64,000 nucleotides of DNA, from the IMG/VR virus record IMGVR_UViG_3300033068_001747. One strand, given 5' to 3'. The notes under the pieces are model-generated. The model did no database searches. It was not told the DNA's origin and worked only from the letters and a program-made list of their open reading frames with translations. The number at the start of each line of letters is the position of its first letter. Positions within the stretch are counted from its first letter, which is position 1. This document shows positions 48,392 through 57,478 of this stretch, piece after piece. Origin of the DNA: a virus. Lineage: Duplodnaviria > Caudoviricetes. The translations under genes and the position numbers were made by a program.

Positions 48392-48862
48392 ATGAAAAAA
48401 ATATTTACAATATTATTATTACTTTTATCTCTTACAAGTGGAGCACAAGAGGTTAAAAGTAGAACTGAAATTATAACTGCTCCTGTACTTATCTGTTCTA
48501 CACCTGAAAGAGATAAATGGTTTGCGATTGTTCCAAGTTTTGAGAAATTAGAAGGGTTTATTGTAAAAACCTATTTAACTACATTAAAGTTGAATATAGG
48601 TACTTGTAGTAAAGATGATGCTCTTGTATTTATATTCACAGATGGTAGAAAAATTAAAATAAATGCCAATAATGAAAAAAGATGTGATGGTATAGTTGAA
48701 GTAAAATTTACATTAAACGCAATTGACGTAGCTTTTCTAGAAACAAAAACACTACAATCCATAAGATACATAAATGGTAATGATTCTGTATCATTTTTAT
48801 ATTCCTCAACTAAAGAAGATTGTAACTATTTCGTAAATACATTTGGTACATATAAAAGATAG
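48392..48862 (+). CDS. Secreted hypothetical protein
   Basis: Signal peptide ...SGA-Q. Confidence 0.55.
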   Translation: MKKIFTILLLLLSLTSGAQEVKSRTEIITAPVLICSTPERDKWFAIVPSFEKLEGFIVKTYLTTLKLNIGTCSKDDALVFIFTDGRKIKINANNEKRCDGIVEVKFTLNAIDVAFLETKTLQSIRYINGNDSVSFLYSSTKEDCNYFVNTFGTYKR

Positions 48863-48877
48863 TATTATCTTTGCCTT

Positions 48878-49132
48878 ATGAAATTAGAAAAAGGTACAAA
48901 AGTAAAATGTATTAGAAATACATTCAATGGTTCTTATCGTCATGGTGAGATTGCTTTCCCTTATTTAACAGTTGGTAAAACTTATACTGTTGTGATGGAT
49001 TTTGGACCTACACTTGCTATGATAGCTGATAATGGACACGGTTTATCTCTTGGAAAAGATTTATTTATAACATTAGAAGATTATAGAGAAAAACAAATTG
49101 AAAAAATTTTTAAAAAAGATTTGGTAGATTAA
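48878..49132 (+). CDS. Small protein with C-terminal tag
   Basis: LTVGKTY...FITLEDYREKQIEKI. Confidence 0.55.
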   Translation: MKLEKGTKVKCIRNTFNGSYRHGEIAFPYLTVGKTYTVVMDFGPTLAMIADNGHGLSLGKDLFITLEDYREKQIEKIFKKDLVD

Positions 49133-49170
49133 AAAAGTCACCGTATCTTTGTCAAAGAAATAAAATAAGG

Positions 49171-49253
49171 GCTTACAAGAGTAGTAGCTATTGGAAAAGT
49201 AAATCCTCTTATCATTGATAATGAAACTTTATGTTGGCGGTGGTATTGTAAGC
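49171..49253 (+). ncRNA. Candidate small RNA closed by an 8-bp terminal stem
   Basis: gcttacaa/ttgtaagc stem directly behind a promoter cassette. Confidence 0.45.
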
Positions 49254-49341
49254 AATTAAATTTTCATAGAAATTTTGAAAAATAATTGAAAAAAGATTTG
49301 GTAGATTAAAAAAGTCACCGTATCTTTGTCAAACAAAATAA

Positions 49342-49428
49342 GGGAAGATATACAAGTCTGGTCAAAGTAGGCTACCGGTGAGGTAGTCGGTTTTATATCT
49401 TCGAGCGGTTCGAATCCCTCTCTTCCCA
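49342..49428 (+). tRNA. Atypical tRNA-like RNA (loop CGGTGAG, nominal GTG anticodon, long variable region)
   Basis: gggaaga/tcttccc acceptor, GGTTCGAATCC T-arm with a bulge; G33 instead of U33. Confidence 0.55.
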
Positions 49429-49700
49429 CAAAAAAAATTTTAAAAAAGATTTGGTAGATTAAAGAATACTCCTTATCTTTGTCAAACAAAATACGAGTTA
49501 TGAGTTGTGGCTCGAAGATTAAACCAAAACTCAAAAAAAATTAAAAAAAGTTAAAAAAGATTTGGTAGATTAAAAAAGTCTTCTTATCTTTGTCAAACAA
49601 AATAAAAATGTGTGTTACCGGAGTTATGAGTTAGAATACAACTTGTAAGTATAGACGGGCTGCTGATGAAGTTGGTCCGCTCCCTAACCACAAAAAATCT

Positions 49701-49811
49701 GGTCTGTTCGTCTAGCGGATGTCACTTCGGTGATAGGACGACACTTCTACGCTTAAATGTGCCCTGGTATATGGAGAGGTGTAAACAAAGGTTCGAATCC
49801 TTTACAGACTA
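49701..49811 (+). tRNA. tRNA-Glu-scaffold repeat A (extended arm, no canonical anticodon loop)
   Basis: ggtctgt/acagact, D-loop UUCG hairpin insert, 8-bp stem with 26-nt loop, T-arm. Confidence 0.7.
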
Positions 49812-49931
49812 CAAAAAAAAATGAAAAAAGATTTGGTAGATTAAAAAAGTCTTCGTATCTTTGTCAAACAAAATAAGAGTAGGTGTCTTGTGAAATTCTT
49901 GACTTCTTGGTGTACGATAGCACAACTCTTC

Positions 49932-50018
49932 GGTCTGTTCGTCTAGCGGTGTCACTTCGGTGACTAGGACAACTTCCCTTTCAGGAAGGAAACGCGGGTT
50001 CGAATCCCGTACAGACTA
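49932..50018 (+). tRNA. tRNA-Glu-scaffold repeat B (6-nt loop CTTTCA)
   Basis: cttcc-CTTTCA-ggaag retains TTC. Confidence 0.75.
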
Positions 50019-50080
50019 CTGCTTTAATGGAATTTTAAGCTTGAGTTTTGTGATGGAACTCTTTAAAGAACTATCACATC

Positions 50081-50169
50081 GGTCTGTTCGTCTAGCGGTT
50101 CACTTCGGTGATAGGACAACTTTTCAGTGAGTGATGAAGTAAACGCGGGTTCGAATCCCGTACAGACTA
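50081..50169 (+). tRNA. tRNA-Glu-scaffold repeat C (non-canonical arm)
   Basis: Same acceptor, D and T sequences; arm acttttca-gtgag-tgatgaagt. Confidence 0.7.
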
Positions 50170-50234
50170 CAAATAAAATATAGGTGGTTACACGCCAGTA
50201 ATGGTGTGTGTATCAAAGAGGTAAGCCACTTATC

Positions 50235-50322
50235 GGTCTGTTCGTCTAGCGGATGTCACTTCGGTGACTAGGACATCTTCTCTTCGGAGTTGGGAACGCA
50301 GGTTCGAATCCTGTACAGACTA
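50235..50322 (+). tRNA. tRNA-Glu-scaffold repeat D (UUCG tetraloop in place of the anticodon)
   Basis: ctc-TTCG-gag caps the anticodon arm. Confidence 0.7.
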
Positions 50323-50339
50323 CAACAAATAAAACATAT

Positions 50340-50412
50340 CGCGGGATAGAGCAGTAGGCAGCTCGCAAGGCTCATAACCTTGAGGTCACAGGTTCGAGTC
50401 CTGTTCCCGCTA
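50340..50412 (+). tRNA. Initiator tRNA-fMet (CAT)
   Basis: C1:T72 mismatch, CGCGGGA acceptor, CTCATAA loop. Confidence 0.9.
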
Positions 50413-50494
50413 CTAAGTGTAAATGTCATTCTGTAATGTTGACAAGTTGGTACTTTTAGTATCCATCTTTAGTGTAATTAAAACACGACACTTC

Positions 50495-50607
50495 GGTCTG
50501 TTCGTCTAGTGGACGTTTACTGAACACAAAGCTTCGGCATTAAAGTAAAGTAAACAGGACTTCTCCCTTAGAAGGAGACAACGCGGGTTCGAATCCCGTA
50601 CAGACTA
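50495..50607 (+). tRNA. tRNA-Glu-scaffold repeat E with TAG anticodon and long D-loop insert
   Basis: tctcc-CTTAGAA-ggaga canonical 7-nt loop; D insert closed by gtttact/agtaaac. Confidence 0.7.
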
Positions 50608-50627
50608 CAATGCTTGGTCGCCAGGTA

Positions 50628-50704
50628 GTTACATAGTTTAACTAAAACACGAAGTATCGCCTTGTTTGCGGTGAAGGATGTGAGTGTAAAATCTCGCTGT
50701 AACA
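50628..50704 (+). ncRNA. Degenerate tRNA-like element
   Basis: gttaca/tgtaac ends, gttt/aaac D-like stem, gtgag/ctcgc T-like stem. Confidence 0.35.
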
Positions 50705-50780
50705 CAAAAAAGTAAAAATAATTTTGGTAGTTTAAACAACTTTTATTATCTTTGCTCTATAATAAAGACAAAAAGATTAC

Positions 50781-51630
50781 GTTCTTTGAAAATATTGTAT
50801 TATCCAACTAGTCACTTCGGTGGTTAGTAAAATGATAATCGGCGGTGTATCGTCGTTAAATAAACTACGAAAGTAGGATAAAGTGGAATCAACGTTAAAT
50901 GGTTCTGCGGCTCGTAAGAGCTCGAGTACACAAGTGGGATATCCAACGTCCTGATTAACCGAGGGCTTACGCTGTAGGTGAAATGGAATTTGGACTTGGC
51001 AATGTGGATTGTCGAGTTGATGTGGGAACACCAATAAGAATAACCCATAGGAACTCTGTAAGAAAGGTAGCTCCAACTATCTGATTGCGGGTTCCAATAT
51101 AAAAGGCAACTTAAAACCGAAAGGTAAGGTAGAGAACAGGTGGTGCTGCTACTATCCCTACTAAATGTCTACCAAGACGTTAGTTTGAAGTTTTCTTGAA
51201 GTATGGAGGCTGGGAGGCTTCACGAAGGAGTTTAGTATTTCGTTGTTCAAAAGATAACGAAGCTTACGACAGACCACTTCTTCGACACATCCACGAACAC
51301 AAAAGCAATTTACATTTGAAGTAAAATTTAAACATAAAAAGCGAAAGTGTCTGTCAGGTTTCAACGAAAGTTGACTACATACTTAGGAGCTGTTCCTAGG
51401 ACGTCAAGACCGCAAGTTAAGACGTATTCTTGCCAAAAACCTCTAAGGGGTCGAACCCTTAATCAGACCGCAAGTTTGAAGAGAGTTGAGTAATAAGAGA
51501 GTAGTTGAAACCTCAAGAAGTGATTAGTCTAACTAATCGTCAATGAGAATTACAATCCAAAAGATTGTGGATACGAAGAGAAACAATAATTCTTCAAAAG
51601 ATTCTTACAAGATGGCATAATCTCAGCCTA
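50781..51630 (+). ncRNA. Large structured ncRNA (~850 nt), GOLLD-like
   Basis: GC-richer than its flanks, no credible ORF, many GNRA/UUCG hairpins; own promoter at 50723-50754, boxA-like gttctttgaaaat, terminator at ~51665; next to a tRNA cluster. Confidence 0.6.
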
Positions 51631-51660
51631 TTATTTCTAAACAACAAAACACGTGAAACA

Positions 51661-51698
51661 AAAACCCTTTACTATTGACAGTAAGGGGCTTTTTTATT
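51661..51698 (+). terminator. Intrinsic terminator after the large ncRNA
   Basis: ccctttact/agtaagggg hairpin plus T run. Confidence 0.7.
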
Positions 51699-51765
51699 TA
51701 TAAAAATTATTTTAAACTTTTTCTACTCTGAGACTATAAGTCATGAACTAAAAATAATTTAAAAT

Positions 51766-52630
51766 ATGAAAAAACTTCTAACTTTGGTTGCCTTACTAAT
51801 GACAACAATCTTGTTTAGTCAAAACATCACACAATGGAACTTTGACAATATAAACCCAGCAAATGCAATGTTACCTACTACAGGTACAGGAACTTTTACC
51901 ACAATTGGCGGTGTTGTAGACAACCTTACTACAAATTTAATGCCAGCCGGAAATCCTTCAAGTGGTAAAGCGTATAGTATTAAAACTTTCCCAACAACAG
52001 GAACATTATCAGGAACTGCAGGATTCCAATTTAATGTTAGTACATTAGGATATAATGACCTAATAAATGTCACTTTTGATCCAAGAGGATCAGACACATC
52101 ATCAAGATTTCAACAATATGAATATAGTATTGATGGAGGTACAACCTGGACTATACTAAGTAATAATGGTGGTACATTAACGAACTCATTTACTACAACT
52201 CCAATGGTAACTTTAACTATGCCCACTAATGCAAGTAATCAGTCAGGATTTGCATTTAGAATTGTATCAATTTTTAATCCAATTGGGACTGATTATCTAG
52301 CAGGTAGGACCAACATCTACATATAGTACAGGTGGTGCTTGGAGAATCGACAACTTCACCGTTTCAAATGGCTCTTTAGTACTATCTACTAATCAAAATA
52401 CTAAAATGGGTTTAATCGTTTACCCTAACCCAGTAAACAATGGCTTACTAAACATTCAAACAACTGATAACTCAGTTAAGAATGTTGTAGTTTATGATCT
52501 ATTAGGAAAACAAGTACTTAGTACTTCAACTTCTAATACTGTTAACGTTTCTTCTTTAAAACCTGGTGTTTACACTATGAAAATAACAGAAGAAGATAAT
52601 ACAGGTGTAATGAAAATAGTTATTAACTAA
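51766..52630 (+). pseudogene. T9SS type A sorting-domain protein, frameshifted at ~52303 (real or assembly error)
   Basis: Signal peptide; removing one G (GCA-g-GTA GGA CCA) joins the frame to VYPNPV...VYDLLGKQV...LKPGVY...KIVIN. Confidence 0.75.
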
Positions 52631-52655
52631 CAAAAAACAAAAAAAACAAAAAACA

Positions 52656-55178
52656 ATGAGGAAATTATTATTAATTCTAATCGGACTTTTTAGTATGACG
52701 GTATCAGCTCAAACTAAAGAGAAAGTAGAGGACCAAACTACTAAAAAAGACTCGGTCGAAAATGTTAAAGAACTACAAGAAGTTGTAGTTGTAGGTAGAG
52801 GAGTTATTGACCTAGCAAAAGAAAGAAAAACTCCTATTGCGGTTTCAACAGTAAAAGCGGTTGAAATACAAGCAAAAGTTGGTACAGCAGACGTTACACA
52901 AGCTTTGGTAAACACACCATCTGTTTATGTTGCAGGACAAGCTGGAGGTTTTGGTGACTCAAGAATCTCAGTTCGTGGGTTCCAACAAGACAATACTGCT
53001 TTCCTATTAAATGGTCAACCAATCAATGGTATGGAAGATGGTAAGATGTACTGGTCTAACTGGTCGGGTATGTCAGATATTGCAAATGCAATACAAATTC
53101 AAAGAGGTTTAGGTTCTTCTAAACTAGCAATCTCATCAGTCGGTGGTACAGTAAACTTTATTACAAGAGCAACTGATATGAGACAAGGTGGATTTTCATC
53201 AGCAGGTGTTGCTAATGATGATTATTTAAAAACAACAGTTGGATATAATACAGGTATTATGGAAAACGGTTTCGGTGCAAGTGTTATGTTATCACATTGG
53301 CAAGGTGATGGTTATTTTGATGGAACAAAAGGTCAAGGTCAAAACTACTTTATCTCATTCGGTTATAAACCAAATGCAAAACATAACTTTAACTTCTTAA
53401 TTACTGGTGCACCACAGCAACACGATCAAAACTTCACAAAAAAGATTTCTGATTACTTAGGTTTCGGCAGAAGATATAATAACAATTACGGTTATTTGAA
53501 TGGTCAATATATATCAGAAAGAGTGAATTTTTATCATAAACCAGTTGCAAACTTTAACTGGGATTATAAAATAAACGATAAGCTAGACTTATCAACAGTT
53601 CTTTATGCATCTTGGGGTAGAGGTGGAGGAACTGGTAACTACGGTAGTGGGAAGAAAAGTGTTTCTCAATTAAATCCTTATACAGGTCAAATGCAAAACA
53701 CTTATATTGATTTTAATCAGATTTATGCTAATAACTCAGCAGATGCTGATGGTATTGGATCTAGTTCAAATTATGCAATTAGATCATCTATGAATAATCA
53801 TGAGTGGTATGGTATTGTGTCAAACTTAAAAAATAAGTTGAATGATAATTTAACATTAAACTTAGGAGTTGATTTAAGAACATATAATGGTGATCACTAT
53901 AGACAAATTACTAATTTTATGGGGTTAAATGGATGGACTGAAAGTAGATTTTTAAGAGATAATAATCATGTTATTCCTAACCCAAATACATTACCAAGTG
54001 CAACCATTACAGTTAATCAATCATTTAGTACTAACCCGTGGTCTGCATTCTTTAATAAAGCAGATGATAGTCAAAAAATTGACTATGACTACAGTGAAAC
54101 AATTTCTTACGGTGGAGTCTTTGGACAATTAGAGTATTCTAAAGATAACTTCTCAACTTTCTTTCAAGGAGCAGTTTCTAATCAAACACACCAAAGATTT
54201 GACTACTATGACTATCAAAAAGAATTTCAAAATTCTGAAAAAGTTTCTAATGTAGGATATAATGTAAAAGGTGGTGCCGCATATAACTTCAATGAAAAAC
54301 ACGTTGTTTATGGAAATGCTGGATATTACTCAAGACAACCATATCATGATAACATTTACTTAAACTTTACTAACCAAGTAAACCCATTAACACAAAACGA
54401 GAAAGTTTTAGGACTAGAAGCTGGTTATACATTCAAATCAAAAGTTTTTACTACTAGCATAAACGCTTATAGAACAACTTGGGAAGATAGAGTCGTAACT
54501 ACATCAAATGTTCAATCTACAAATGGAGTTATTGGAACTACACCAGTTTCTGTAGGTGATGTCATCTTCACATCCAATCAAGGTGTTAGACAAATTCATT
54601 CTGGTGTTGAGTTAGACTTTATATTAAAACCTGTTGCTAAATTAGATATTAAAGGATTTGCATCAGTTGGAAACTGGGAATATAGTGGAAGTGCTACTAG
54701 TAGAAAATTTGATGAAAACTTAAATTTACTAACTGAAGCTGAAACAAATTTAGATGGTGGAAAAGTAGGTGATGCTGCTCAAACAACTTGGGGATTAGGT
54801 GCTAAATATGAATTGTTAACAAGATTCTCTATTGATGCTGATTGGAGAAACTATGATAATTTATATGCAAATGTAGTTGCTAAAGATAACTTACAGTTAC
54901 CTTCTTATGACTTAGTAGATATGGGTATATCATATAAAATGTTAGTAGGTAAAGACAAACAAAATTCTGTAAACTTTAGATTAAATGTAAATAACTTATT
55001 TGATGAAGTTTATTTATCTGAGTTAACTTCTAATATTAAAACTGATGCATTTATCAGTGGAAACTCAGGACCTACATATCAATCTGCAGGTAGAGTTTAC
55101 AAAGGAATCGCTGATGGAAACCAAGGTTTCTTTGGATTTGGAAGAACTTGGAACTTAACATTAAGATATAATTTCTAA
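52656..55178 (+). CDS. TonB-dependent outer membrane receptor
   Basis: LQEVVVVG TonB box, plug motifs (ISVRGF, IQIQRG), C-terminal GRTWNLTLRYNF. Confidence 0.93.
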   Translation: MRKLLLILIGLFSMTVSAQTKEKVEDQTTKKDSVENVKELQEVVVVGRGVIDLAKERKTPIAVSTVKAVEIQAKVGTADVTQALVNTPSVYVAGQAGGFGDSRISVRGFQQDNTAFLLNGQPINGMEDGKMYWSNWSGMSDIANAIQIQRGLGSSKLAISSVGGTVNFITRATDMRQGGFSSAGVANDDYLKTTVGYNTGIMENGFGASVMLSHWQGDGYFDGTKGQGQNYFISFGYKPNAKHNFNFLITGAPQQHDQNFTKKISDYLGFGRRYNNNYGYLNGQYISERVNFYHKPVANFNWDYKINDKLDLSTVLYASWGRGGGTGNYGSGKKSVSQLNPYTGQMQNTYIDFNQIYANNSADADGIGSSSNYAIRSSMNNHEWYGIVSNLKNKLNDNLTLNLGVDLRTYNGDHYRQITNFMGLNGWTESRFLRDNNHVIPNPNTLPSATITVNQSFSTNPWSAFFNKADDSQKIDYDYSETISYGGVFGQLEYSKDNFSTFFQGAVSNQTHQRFDYYDYQKEFQNSEKVSNVGYNVKGGAAYNFNEKHVVYGNAGYYSRQPYHDNIYLNFTNQVNPLTQNEKVLGLEAGYTFKSKVFTTSINAYRTTWEDRVVTTSNVQSTNGVIGTTPVSVGDVIFTSNQGVRQIHSGVELDFILKPVAKLDIKGFASVGNWEYSGSATSRKFDENLNLLTEAETNLDGGKVGDAAQTTWGLGAKYELLTRFSIDADWRNYDNLYANVVAKDNLQLPSYDLVDMGISYKMLVGKDKQNSVNFRLNVNNLFDEVYLSELTSNIKTDAFISGNSGPTYQSAGRVYKGIADGNQGFFGFGRTWNLTLRYNF

Positions 55179-55239
55179 TTATTATCCAAAAAATTTTAAA
55201 AAAGTCGAAACTTAGTTTCGACTTTTTTATATTATACAT

Positions 55240-55485
55240 ATGAGAGAAGAACTTTTACTACAATACGTAAATGAAATTAAGGAAATTTACGATGATAGAT
55301 TAGTTTACATAGACTTTTATACAGAAATCGGACCTATCTTAAACATAAAATTTATTAGTTGTGATTATGAACTAGAATTAAATAGTTTACACTATACAGA
55401 TTGTGATGGTGATCCTATAATAGAAAAATGTAAACAAATATTTATCAAATATAAAAGACATGAAACCTTAAAAAAATTACTTTAA
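55240..55485 (+). CDS. Hypothetical protein with C-terminal tag
   Basis: YKRHETLKKLL. Confidence 0.5.
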   Translation: MREELLLQYVNEIKEIYDDRLVYIDFYTEIGPILNIKFISCDYELELNSLHYTDCDGDPIIEKCKQIFIKYKRHETLKKLL

Positions 55486-55503
55486 AAATTAAAAAAACTT
55501 ATT

Positions 55504-55887
55504 ATGAAAAAACTTTTATTTACATTACTATTATTATTCTCATTTGCATTAGTATCAGCACAAACTGAGTTTACCAGAATCTATACAAAGATCTGTACAA
55601 TTGAAAAAGGTAAGGAACCAAAATGGAATGACGCAGAAAACAAATTTATCTTTAATTATCAAAATGATGCAACTATCAAAATGATATTAAATAACGGCAC
55701 TGTCAAATTCTTTGATCAAGTTACTGATTTAGTTGAAAATAAAACTGAAGGTGGTATTTCTTATCAAGGTGCAGAATTTAAAGAACAAGGAACCTCTTTT
55801 AAGGTCTACCTACAAATATTTGATGACGCAGACTATGGTACAAGAATCATTTTCACTAACGGTACAATGGTTCAATTTACAAACTAA
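55504..55887 (+). CDS. Secreted hypothetical protein
   Basis: Signal peptide ...VSA-Q. Confidence 0.55.
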   Translation: MKKLLFTLLLLFSFALVSAQTEFTRIYTKICTIEKGKEPKWNDAENKFIFNYQNDATIKMILNNGTVKFFDQVTDLVENKTEGGISYQGAEFKEQGTSFKVYLQIFDDADYGTRIIFTNGTMVQFTN

Positions 55888-55927
55888 TCTACAAAAATCT
55901 TGAATATATTAAAAATAAAGTACAAAA

Positions 55928-56173
55928 ATGGAACAAAAAGAACTTAACTACGGAATTATGCCAGGAGAAACTTGGCGACACTACAAAGGTGGTAACTACA
56001 AAATTATCACTCTAGCAAATCATACTGAAACTAAAGAACCTTTAGTTATTTATCAATCTATATCATTTGGATCAATCTATGCAAGACCTTTATCAATCTG
56101 GTGTGATACCGTTGAAAATAGAAGAGGTGGTTTGGAACCAAGATTTGTAAAAGTTGAAAGTGAAAATGAGTAA
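55928..56173 (+). CDS. DUF1653 family protein
   Basis: WRHYKGGNY...HTET.E.LVIYQ...YARPL. Confidence 0.85.
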   Translation: MEQKELNYGIMPGETWRHYKGGNYKIITLANHTETKEPLVIYQSISFGSIYARPLSIWCDTVENRRGGLEPRFVKVESENE

Positions 56174-57446
56174 GATAGATTTATTACTAGGTCTTCAATG
56201 GGGAGACGAAGGAAAAGGAAAAATTGTAGATGTTATTACATCAAAATATGACATAGTTGCAAGATTTCAAGGTGGTCCAAATGCTGGACATACAATCTAC
56301 TTTGATGGTAGAAAACATGTTTTAAGAACTATACCATCAGGTGTATTCAATAAAAATACAATAAATATAATTGGTAATGGTGTTGTACTTGATCCAGTTG
56401 TATTTAAACAAGAAGTTGAAGAACTACTTAAATTTGATAAAACTATTAAAGATAGATTACTTATCTCAAGAAAAGCTCATCTTATTTTTCCAACACACAA
56501 ACTTTTAGATGCTACATCAGAAGCAGCCAAAGGTAAAGATAAAATTGGCTCTACTCTTAAAGGTATTGGACCTACTTATATGGACAAAACTGGTAGAAAT
56601 GGTATCAGAGTTGGCGATTTAGAATTACCAGACTTCCATAAAAGATTTGCTAAGTTAGAAAAGAAACATGATGAACTAATTGATTGGGGTGTTATTGAAC
56701 AATTTAACACTAACTATGATGATATGCAAGATGAATTTTTAGATGCAATTACTTATCTAAAACAATTTACATTTATCGATAGTGAAGAATATCTATTTCA
56801 AGCTCAACAACAAGGAAAATCAATTCTTTGTGAAGGAGCTCAAGGTTCTTTATTAGATGTTGACTTTGGTACTTATCCATTTGTTACTTCTTCTAATACA
56901 ACTGCCGCAGGAGCTTGTACTGGTTTAGGAATTGCCCCTAATAAAATACAAGATGTGTTTGGTATATTTAAAGCATACACAACAAGAGTTGGTAGTGGTC
57001 CATTTCCAACTGAATTGTTTGATGAAACAGGTGAGAAAATGGCTAAAATTGGTAATGAATTTGGATCTGTTACTGGTAGAGCAAGAAGATGTGGTTGGTT
57101 AGATTTAGTTGCGTTAAAATACACTTGTCAAATTAATGGTGTAACTGAACTAATGATGATGAAAGCAGACGTACTATCAGGATTTGACAATATAAAGGTT
57201 TGTATAGGTTATAAATATAAAGGTGAAGTAATTACTCACTTTCCTTATAACATTGAACCAGAGAACTTAGAACCTATCTATTTAGGGTTTAGTGGTTGGT
57301 CAGAAGACTTAACTGGAATTACAGATTATAAGGATTTACCAGATGAACTAAAAGAATATATAGAGTTTATTGAAAAAGAAACAGGAATAAATATAACACT
57401 TGTTTCTGTGGGTCCAGATAGAAAACAAACAATAAGAAAAAATTAG
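56166..57446 (+). CDS. purA: Adenylosuccinate synthetase
   Basis: QWGDEGKGK, GGPNAGHT, GTYPFVTSS, GRARRCGW. Confidence 0.97.
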   Translation: MSKIDLLLGLQWGDEGKGKIVDVITSKYDIVARFQGGPNAGHTIYFDGRKHVLRTIPSGVFNKNTINIIGNGVVLDPVVFKQEVEELLKFDKTIKDRLLISRKAHLIFPTHKLLDATSEAAKGKDKIGSTLKGIGPTYMDKTGRNGIRVGDLELPDFHKRFAKLEKKHDELIDWGVIEQFNTNYDDMQDEFLDAITYLKQFTFIDSEEYLFQAQQQGKSILCEGAQGSLLDVDFGTYPFVTSSNTTAAGACTGLGIAPNKIQDVFGIFKAYTTRVGSGPFPTELFDETGEKMAKIGNEFGSVTGRARRCGWLDLVALKYTCQINGVTELMMMKADVLSGFDNIKVCIGYKYKGEVITHFPYNIEPENLEPIYLGFSGWSEDLTGITDYKDLPDELKEYIEFIEKETGINITLVSVGPDRKQTIRKN

Positions 57447-57478
57447 GAATATAAAAAAATAAGTTATACATTTGCATT

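Larger units (their letters stand above)
49112..49874 (+). repeat. Five copies of a ~45-50 bp promoter cassette (at about 49112, 49289, 49442, 49553, 49824)
   Basis: aaaaaagaTTTGgtagattaaa...TATCTTTGtcaaa = TTTG-N20-TAnnTTTG; each precedes a different short RNA. Confidence 0.85.

Noticed and set aside
49655-49680. Hammerhead ribozyme (CTGATGA)
   Set aside because: No stem II followed by GAAA in the required arrangement
49112-49874. CRISPR array
   Set aside because: The repeats match the Bacteroidota promoter consensus, spacers are long and uneven and include tRNA-like genes, and there are no cas genes in the window
49256-51364. Minus-strand ORFs at 49256, 50777, 50824 and 51161
   Set aside because: Shadows of the promoter repeats and ncRNA; atypical composition
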